From positions 113,088,001 through 113,152,000 of the forward strand of contig OZ260661.1 of NCBI GenBank assembly GCA_965285935.1: a stretch of 64,000 nucleotides of DNA, in the 5' to 3' direction. The stretch is from Ophelia neglecta (taxonomy: Eukaryota). A model generated the notes under the pieces. That model searched no databases and was not told where the DNA came from. It saw only the letters and a program-made list of their open reading frames with translations. The position numbers and the translations under genes are program-made. Below are positions 53,588 to 64,000 of this stretch, in pieces. The number at the start of each line of letters is the position of its first letter. The stretch's first letter is position 1.

Positions 53588-56500
53588 AGTCTTTATTATT
53601 ATCAGCTTTCAGTAGAAGGTCATAATTTGTACCCAAACAACTGAGTCACGAGACATTTTTTTAAGGACAGTTTTACAATAATTGGGATCTACTATAATGA
53701 AAGCCTCTTCAGCCCACCTACAATTATGATCCATTTCATTTTTGTTCAGTGGAGTTAAATTTACTAGTTGGATGAGACTTGGTTGGCCAGTGGTCGGCCA
53801 AAATGGTGTGAAACCCGCCCTTTTCAGCCACAGTCCTTGTGTCTGTCGCTTGCTTTTGAGAGCCCGCTATGAAGCACGATATTGAATATTAAGTTTCACG
53901 ATTGTCGGTGTCGAGGAGGCAGGAAGGGAGCCTTTAATGGGAAATGTTTGCCCTCACCTTTCGAGTGTTCAGAAAGTCGGGCATGCCTTTATATCGCATT
54001 TTATTCAGCGCAAACGTTGACTGTGACCCCCACTGCTTCATTATTTACCATTTGAAGGGTCAGCCTGTTGCTCCCCTTTGGCAGGAGAGTTGGCCCCTCA
54101 TTTATTCATACCATAACACGGAGCATTTTGTTCTATTAGAGGTAAGAATTGCTGAATTATTCAGTTGGCAAAATGGTACTAGATTTTTTATGACAACTAA
54201 TGAGTGTGAATCCTGTAGCGGATCTGCATGCAATGGAGCGTTTTTACATTACCTAATAATGTATTTGCATGAAGTACATACATGGACCTTCGGTTTAAAA
54301 ACATATGCATTATATACACTACGTTTATAGGGTATACGTATGCCCTATCGGGCCTGTTTCCTTTTCCTCCACAGCTAAGACATTGCAAATACTATAGACA
54401 ATTTCTCAGCCTGTGAAACTCGCTGGAAAACCTAGTTTTTCCATGATCGGCGTGGAGATTACGGCCTTGGTACAGCAGGTGTCCTGATGGGCGTCTCGTC
54501 TTCCGTAGACCGGTTAGCTCGCTTAACGGGACAGTGACAGGCATTTGTATAGAAATTGTATATTGTGACTATTACACTGCTGATTATAATCAGCCAAGTA
54601 TTAATGGATATCGTAGGAAATTATCCAGAAATAGAGGATAGAGGGTAAATTTGACTTTCTGTTGTGTACCGCCCTCTTCCCGTCATTGCCAGCAGCCGAG
54701 TCGGGTGTTATCCATCTGATACGACGTTATGAAAACGCTCACACCGCCGGGTACTCTCGCCAATGTACTACTAATTAATCTAAATGGGATGTAATTTCTA
54801 TTTGTTTATCGTAGAGGATACACCCAGTATTCACTTTCCTACCGGCTACTTAGTGTCAGGGTAAGCTTTCCCCGGGCAGCGGCGTGTGGCTTCCCCGAGA
54901 AGGACGTCTATCATGGGCGGGTCTTCTCTCAATCGTGATTTCTATGTGTGCCTGCCTCTCTGCGCAGACGACAATTTCACAAATTGCAACCTCATAGCGT
55001 CTACTCCATTTATTAAATGTAATCATAATTTATTACCGGCGACAAACGGCTCTTTCATGGATAATTCCTGGCCTTTGTTCAGCTGAAAACTTCACACGTG
55101 TAAGGGCCATTATTATCTGCCGTTTGGTCGAAGTTCTGGACCCTAAAAGTGGTAAAATTAGAAACGACCATTCTACCGTTATGACCCTTACGAAGATCTA
55201 AAACGATTTGCGCGTGAAGGTGCCAACACGCCTAATTTAGGCAATATTTCCGCTTAAATAGTTTGGATAATTTTCGGTCATTTTCGCCTATTTTCTTTGC
55301 GGTAGAGTGTTAAACGTTAACAAGGCTGGCCTAAACGGTGGTCGCGTATTCAGACTATTGTGCAAACACAGGACAATCCACTCCATATCAAGACCCATAT
55401 CTAAAACACCTATTTCATTGTATGGGACAAACGCAAATTTCTGTCCAGTTCTGGCATGTCAACTTTGTAGTTTTAAGTAAAGCGTGCGTGCGTGAGCAGC
55501 AATTTTGTCCAGTCCATAACAGTGTCGGACAATACTCGGGTAAAGTTTGTCAACTGGAGGTGGTATAAAGGTAAATATTATTTGAACGTTCAACTGTGTG
55601 ATTAATCATTAAAAAGCGTCCAGATTTCGACTGTCATTGGTAGGTTGATAGCACAATATCGGGGCCCGATTGCCAGTATGGATCTCGACCGATGAAATAA
55701 TTAGCCGAGGCCGTGTGCAGGTATTTCATTATCAGGTCTATAGCTGCACCTTTGCACCTCCCTCAGTTGACACAGCATTGCGAAGGCAAATATTTTTGGT
55801 GGCTGTTTTATCAAAAATCACCAATCTTCAATGGCGGGACACCAAATGTCAGTCGAGTTGGCTTTGCTCGACGAGTTTGGGCTATGCACACACACCTATA
55901 GTTTGTCTACGCATTTCATTAAATGACCATTTAAACAAGTGGTACCGGCGCGATTTAATAAGGCAATGACAAAGCCCAAACGTCGCGAAAAGTAAGAGCA
56001 TGCACTCGAAATGAAAGTGACCAGCCAGCCTTTTAGGTTTGAACGTGAAGGATCGTGACAATACGATCAGAGAGAGCGGGGGTTTGAAGGTGGGGTCTGT
56101 CAAGTGGGCAACGCCGCAAAGGCCGACTTCTCATAAAGGGTATGAACTTTGAGGGGGCGGTAACCTTTGACCTGGGGCTGAATGACCCCATTCTGTAGCG
56201 TGTCACCGGTGGCGGGGCCTAACCCTCGCCGTGAAGGGTAAATTGAATAATATTCAATCAGAGGAGGGCTAGTTTTATAAACATTCACAGTGTGCATCTG
56301 TTAGAAACTAGACACCGTTATGAAAGGCAATAATACATCTAATCACCCTATCTGTGACGGTTATTAAAAAACCGGCATAGGCCTTGTGGTCTAGCACCTA
56401 GACGAGAGCAGGTGCTACACTGCTGGTTCAAACTGAGGCCTCTTGCTCTTTTGACTGTTGAGAAGCATTTCAGGCTCACAATATAAAACCCAACACAGGT

Positions 56501-59500
56501 GTGTAAGGTGTAAACAGCATATAGCCCACTAGATAAGTAAGTGCCTAATATCTTGTTTTTGTAAACTTGGCACCGATTTCAAGCTTCAAGTGGCTTGTGC
56601 TAATTCGCCATGGAAGGAATTTATTAAATGTGCCATTTTCTCAGATGGCTAGTGACCCGACAACCAATTGCTGGGATATTTGTTCATTATTTCAATATAC
56701 CTGTATTTGTCCTCTACACAAAGCCTTCTGTGTACCTATTGGAATATCGATAATACAGAAGGTTTTAAGGATTTGGCCAACCATGGCAGAATCTATACAG
56801 GCTAAATTACGAGCCTTTGGCCCATTAGTTGACAGAAATGCACAATATGGTATACCAAGTTGACCAAGAGCCTTTGTCGGTGAATTTAATATACCTTGTG
56901 TCAGTTTATTAGTATAATTTTTGGACACCTTGTCTGTTTATGAAGTGGACACTTAGCTGCGCGGACGTAGAAACTAGAGTTCTAGAATTCGTGCAGAAAA
57001 AAGGTTTAAGGTAAATATTTTGCTTGTATTTTTTGGGCATATTTGGTCTCTGTTTGTTGTTTCTGCCTTAAATTGACTTGCTGTTTGCATTGGTGTGTGA
57101 TTATTTTCTCAGCAATCGATGCTTTTTAGGCTTTCCATGTAGACAATTGAAATATTGCAGTGAGTGGCAGCATTTCACAATATTAAGTAGGCGAGACATT
57201 CATACTTGGCTATACATTGTTTATGCTGTTTACACAATTTGACAGTTTATTATACTTTCCAAGTTTAGAGTCAAGCAAATATATTAATAATGAAATTGTG
57301 ATAGGGTTTCAGTCAAAGGCAAGGAATGATCAATTCAATTTTTAATATGAAGGCTATTTCTATTAGTGTAATAGTCGCCATGCTTCCAGCTGAAACGGCC
57401 ATTTTGCAAGGTGGTTTATCAATATTCAGTAGCTGAACAAGATAGGCACCCCGAAGGACTATGTATGCAAGTTATGGTTAAAATTCGAAGCGATCTATTC
57501 ATCCTTGTATTTTCAAGGTAAACCTCACACTGTGGTGCTGTGTTGACATGATACCTCTGTTAGGTACATATCTTACTTCTTATTTGGTATTCCCATCATA
57601 ATTCAAACAGTGGATGAGAATAGCTGGCTGGCTATCTCAAAGCCCCAGGGGACAACGCATACAGCTCCTACTGATATATTCTTCCACACAAGATTTGGTA
57701 AATACAGATGATTTCCTATCAATAGGTGTTAGGTAATTGTGATAGTCCGCGGTGTGCATTGAACAGGGCGAGGATGATAATATGTGAATTGTTATGACCC
57801 TCTCCGTGATGGTAACCAAACTGAATCCTGAATAACCCATGCTTATTCACATCATTATTTTTGCCCACTGCTTAAATTTTAGTGCTAATTTGAATAAAAA
57901 TGAAAGTACACAAAGGCATGTTTGAAAAATATGGGCCTGGACTACATTGTTGTCCCTCATACTAAATTCACGAATAGCTTAAACTCATTTGTTTGAGGAG
58001 GTTTGCTAAAGCAATAGAAAAATATGTCTATCATTATGAATATATAACTTCAAATGATAATTTAGCAAGGTTTTCTTTTCATTAGCTGTAGCATTGTGGT
58101 CATTCAGGAAGCACGTTTAAATTAATGACCTAACACGAACCAATGTTAGATAGGCTATATAGTCATGATAATGTCATTTTACTGCGGCCCTCCACCGACC
58201 ATTTCTCCCTTGGACCAGTCCATCAAACCTCATCATTTACCCATTAGCCGTCAGCGAGGCGGGTATCAGCGGCCATCAATAGAGGCTGCTCCGCCCCAAA
58301 GAGGCAACGAGCTGGTTATCTTCGAACAACACACCTACAAGTCTCAATGCGAGATGTGCCTAGCATAACAGATGTATTTCAATTTGCCACCTCAATAGGC
58401 GCTCATCTAAGCAAATGTATGTGATGCAAGAAACGGTGAAATAGCCTTTGACGACACAACCATGTGTTGTGCCCTGAAACTAAAGGGGACTAGATTGAAA
58501 TTTGAGCAATCTACTTTGTAGTTGGGTTTCACTATAGTGCCTGTATAATGATATTTTGATAAGGTGGTACCTTGTTACCTGTAATTATTATTACACCCTT
58601 TGATGAGCACAGGCTTACCATATGGCTGGTTTGAATAAAAACACTAGGTAATTGATGTGACTTGGCATTATATAGCCGCATATAAAAGTATGGGCTTTAA
58701 CATGCCTGTAGTCTATGATTATATACAACCGATTTGTTACTAGCTGGGTTCTTGTACAAGAAGTTATTGGGCATATCATGTGTGTATTCATGCATTATTG
58801 ATGTGGGATTTGAGGGGTATACTGTTATCTGAAGCCTGGACAGTAAGGAGGTACCTATAAGGGTTACAAATACTCGACTTATCTATATAATAGTACGGTA
58901 AGAGTCGGTTATACTAATACTAAAGTCCACTGGTACATGTTCAACTGACCATCTTATTATACTTTTATTCAGTGTTGGTTAGAAGTATATATATCTCGCT
59001 ATCTCTTTGGACTTACGGGGCATCAGACCATCTCGAAATGTTTGTTTTCGCCACTCGGTCAGATAAATAAAGCTAAACTGGCTAATCCTTTGAATATCTG
59101 AACTGGGTGTGTGTGGGGGGGGGGGGACATACACTGCCACCAAAACTAAATGGCCTGTCAAGTTTTTGCAACAAATTCTTAAAAGCATAGACATGTGTTA
59201 GATATAACGATTAATCCAAACTTTGGGGTTTTTTTTCTAGGTGACTTCCTGATATAAGACTGCGTTTTATAAGATATAGAATTACATTGGAATTCAAACA
59301 CTATAGAATGAATACGCATTAGCAAATAAATCACGATTATCAGTTTTTCTGTAATACCAAGTTCCAAAAGTTTTGGTTGTGAGTATATCGCGTAGGCCAT
59401 CTTGCAGCCGTGACGTATTTCAGGATGGTGCTGGTATGTTAGCAATTTTTAGCAAATTACATAATATCTATGTCTTCTGATATTTATTTTGCAGTTGCAT

Positions 59501-62500
59501 AATGCTTTCTGCAAATGTTGCGTGGAGATCCTCAAGCCTTAACCAGGCCTGTATCATACACCAACAATAGTGCGGCTGCCCTTGGACAAGGAGCAGCGCC
59601 ATTGCCAGTGGTGGCCGTCCGATACATCACAATCTTAACCCATCTATTGACCACTTCCCACTGACCTATCTTAATACTCGAGGCTGATGCCTGCACCTAG
59701 TCTATACTGATATTGAACTGACTCCTGTGGTCGTTCACTCCAGTCCATTCACAAAACATTTCTTGTCGATAGAATAATTATGGTGTTCATACTAATTGAT
59801 ATAAATCTCAATTGCCTACTCAACCGTCGATAATGCTGCAGGACAAATTGATATAGGCCAGTTTATAAACTCCATGTCATTTAGTTGAATATTTCATTCT
59901 ATACAAATAGGGCTTAGGACAAGGTCGTAGGTGTTAAATGTTTCTATCAAATTCAACCATATCAAAAGATACATACAATTTCGAACCTGCCAAAGTTCAA
60001 TGTCCATTGAGACTTTGAAATTGATTAATAGTTAATTCGAAATTTGGCATATGTTTTCTTAGATTAATAGTTGATTAGAAATTGCTCTTGTATTTTCTTC
60101 ATTATGTATTTATACTGTAGTGATCAAGGAGACACCAGAGCCAGTAGTAATAGTCTCTGGATGTGGTGCCCGCTGTTGTTGTCCATTAAATATTATTTTT
60201 AAGTTGATTTTGGACAGGTTTTTGCTCTTTCGGACAGAGATAACCAACATGTTCTGTTTGGTTTATAGAATTGACTCGTGTCAAAATGTGCATGTCATGA
60301 TGTACTAATTGCCATCGAGTGATGAGACAAACATCGTGCACCATTATTGACTAGCATACTGTCCGAAAAATGGCACGTCAAGTTGGTTGCAAAATTAACT
60401 TCACACATTTAGATCAGCTGATCATCATGTGTGGCGGGCTTGACAGGGCACACGTGTCCCGACAGGAAGTCCAAAAGCATGACGTATCAAAGTAGCAGAC
60501 GGCCCCAATATCTGGTTAATTTTCGAAAAATTACTTGCTAAACCAAGGCAAGTTGGAGATCATATTTAATATCTCACAGTTCTAGAGTGTTGCCACGAGG
60601 GTGCGGGATTCCTGTAATCTTTTCGCACCTGCATTGGACAGTGTGTCAAGGCCCGGGGGGCATGCGCAGATGCGCGAAAGAACAATTGATTGACAATGCC
60701 TTATTTTCGCCCACCTCGAAAGAGTCGTCGGCATCGTGCTGAGCAATACCTGGCTCTGTAATTAATTTCGCCATATGGCTACGGCGACTCGCCTGCAAAT
60801 CTCCAACGAATTCTCATCATATCGCTTACAGAGGTTACAGGGCTAGCCCAACACTTGATTAACCCTGCAGCTACATCAAGTCTCTAGCACTAATTAATTA
60901 GGTAGCGACAATTTTCCACCTTTTGCACTCGGACGACCACATGAAAGCATCAATTATAGTATAAATTTTGTCCTCTCTCCGACGGCCTGCTATTTTCTGC
61001 AGCAATATCTTGCTCCGTTTCGCCTGAATTCAAAGTCGACCTGTTCATGCCAGCGACCCCTTTGTGCGTGGAAATTAATTTCATAAATGCATCCACCGAT
61101 TCAGGTGGTAGTGGTTTGTATCTTTTGAAAGGTAATTGAAATCCCTACATGACGTGGGCGCACAAGTGTGTTCAGGAAAGAACGAGCCCCTTCGCACAGC
61201 ACATGAACTACAAGACCTTATAGCAGCCGATATATTCGACGGCAAAATGGCAACGACAAGGGTCGCCTTCTCCTTTCTATTGCCTTCCTCATAACACCGC
61301 CATTTCCTTCCTTTGTGTTACCTTAGCGATGTGCCTTAATTTTATTAATGATATTTTCCGAGCAATTTCCTTATCGCTGTACAGCCAGCGGGCAGCCACG
61401 GCACTACTTTAATCATGTAGATTAATGCCCCTTAGTTTTGTCGACTTTCATGGAGCCATTCGCGTGACTTTCATTTCCCGAACCCATCAAACCCATGAGC
61501 TCTTCGCAACTCCCAGAAAGGTTGCAAGCAGTAATATTAAATTGGATGAGTCCTCTATGTCATATAGCCTTTGGTTATAATAACAGGATGTTTTGCTGTC
61601 GTCTGGTCATTTGATCAACACTCAGGCCTACCTTAATACTTTGGCAGAAAAAATCGGTGTCATCACCTTTTGTTTATGAAGTTGTTGATCCTTTAATGTA
61701 GTGAAAGAATTGTGTAAAACTTCCATCTATCATAGCTAATTCTGTTTTAAGTCGGAGAAAATGGCTGATAGGCGTGATAGTATGGAGACAGAATACCCCT
61801 GATCCTTAGAAATGTGCCCCCATTAAGTGAAAGGGCGCATGTATATATATGCATATAATTACAGGTTGATCTATATACAATGATTGTGAAGTGCTCCACA
61901 CAATTAACTATACAGCTCACTAAAGGCCTGGTCAGTCTAGAGGCTACTAAACACATTATATATATAAAACCACAGCGTTTACTATGAAACAAAATACATA
62001 TAGGCCTATATATATAAATTATTTTAGGCAACCCTGTGTTGTTATACTGAAATTTTGCTCATATTACTATACATGTCGGGGGCTATTGGGGGACTGGGTG
62101 GCAAAAGTGCTAAATGAAGCTTTGGGATAAGCTACCTTTATGAAGTTAATTTGTGACGGTTCGCTTTGACTTTGAAATCAAGGAATATTTTGATCTGTAT
62201 TCTGTGCCCATCCAATAAAATTAGTTTCCAGGCTATTCAACGACGAAATTGCGTAATTCCATCATCAGAACCGAACCATTGCTTTCGGGTGAATTTACAC
62301 TCACGAAACCTGTGACCAATTGACATGCAAGTGATCCAAAGCTCATAGGCCTCTCACGAGCATCCCAGTGGCAACCCTAGTGAGTTTTCTAATAACCTGA
62401 ACAGTCGTTGTCAAGTTATATAGCCGTGAAATGGTCGTGTGGCGCGTCCCGAATAACAATTTCACGGAAGTTGGCGGTCGTACAATCTACTCGACAGACG

Positions 62501-64000
62501 AGAAAGGGTGTAATCATAAAGATCTCTGATTTCCCGTTAATTGTTGTTGCCCCTGGCGCTTAGTTATTGATGGATTTTGTTTCATAGTAAACGCTGTGGT
62601 TATTTTTGTTCCATGCATTAAAAATGCATTTCACATGTTAAAACTATATCAATTAAACGTCCCATGCAACTGAAGGGACTGAAAGCACCCATTCTGTATG
62701 TACTACGAGTCGTATGCATCTATTATTTGGTGGATGACCTGCAAGGCATGTGCACTTATATACACGTATATGTAAGAATGGTAAGAGAAAGCTGTTCTGG
62801 CGCCCGCATGTTCCGTACATCCAATTTGCCCGTTTCATTTAGGCCTATATGTACATGTAAATTTGTGCTCAGTGAAAAAAAAATGGAAGAAAATATATAC
62901 TATATGCCTATATCAGTGTTTAGAATATTAGCTTTCACTTTCCTTTCATCATGCATCGATAAACCAATTACAGTCAAATTGTGGCCATGATTGATTTTCT
63001 ATAAGAAAAGAGCTGACTCAACATTTGTCACTGCAATCCCTCACTCAGCTGAGTTTCAGTTTTGTGTCATCTATTGGTCAGCTGATGCACTTCGGAGGGC
63101 ATTGCAGTGCCCGTTCCCTAGCTGGCACTCATGACAACACCACACAATAGCTAAACCAAACAGATTCGGTCAAATTATCCCTGCATTAATAATGCAAGGC
63201 GAGGTACTCAATTACGTGTTTAGGAGCTCTTTAGCCTGTGCGTTCGTTTTGTTCTAGTGGCAAATATGGCTATCCTCTGGGACTACCTAATGGCCGCTGC
63301 AAGATGCAAAAGGAGAACTTCGATTTTCGGGGCTACATCACAGAATCGAATGATGTTGTGTATTTGAGCCGCTCATTATGCAGTGCATTGTTAAGTTGAT
63401 TCTTGGGAGTGCTCGTTTGATGATTAACTGAAAGATAGCAAACAAATAATCAACATAAATATATACATACATATATGCATGAATTGAGTAAGCAAGGAAC
63501 GTTCCTCTTCTTTATAACAGATGCCATGGAGGTCCGGAAATAATCAAATGATACATTGGGTATAGGCCTAGTATTTGGCCCTTTCAATCAATGGTATTCA
63601 TCGTGCATGCATTAGGCCTCCATGCAGTTATCCAACTGGTCATTTTTTTGTTTTTTACACATTAGAATTTTCACGCGTGAATTGAGTACCTGTGAAATAG
63701 ATACCGTGATCAAACAAGCAAAGAAGTGAGAAGACAGCCAAGTATTTGATCTAAATTTTTTTTTAAATATTGCGTAATATAACCATGGGTCAAATGTTTC
63801 ATGTTTAATGTATGTTTAACCCATGCCTATATTTTGCGTATTTGATTTTATTCCATTCCACCGACACTGGTGTTTGAGATAGCGACGGTCGTCTGGTACC
63901 GTGGTCGTCTGAGATTGGAGACAGGGATGTACAGGGGTATAGTTAACAGACAATGACAGGGCCGCGTTTAACTGAGGGGTGGATTTACCCCTTTGTTACC

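Overview
AT-rich eukaryotic (bilaterian invertebrate-type) genomic DNA. No prokaryotic-type features (operons, CRISPR, rRNA/tRNA) were recognised, and nearly all short ORFs in the six-frame track look spurious. Positions 1-~18.5 kb hold the last three coding exons and 3' UTR of an EHBP1 orthologue (+ strand; bMERB coiled-coil domain ending in a CaaX box), with long CpG-depleted introns. CpG density rises sharply after the poly(A) signal, and the remaining ~45 kb is gene-poor with many enhancer-like blocks, consistent with the Ehbp1-Otx regulatory neighbourhood (Otx itself was not found). The most striking feature is a 3,517-bp DNA transposon (40768-44284) with 573-bp terminal inverted repeats starting CACAGTA and a TATAT target-site duplication. 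Each TIR carries the same promoter motif and first exon with a splice donor, pointing inward at two convergent tail-to-tail genes: an internally deleted spliced gene (+) and a 7-finger C2H2 zinc-finger pseudogene (-). The window also has a young 5'-truncated CR1-group LINE, a Tc1/mariner-type MITE, a 28-bp minisatellite, a pre-miRNA-like hairpin and a strongly compartmentalised excess of TAGGCCTA/TACATGTA palindromes.
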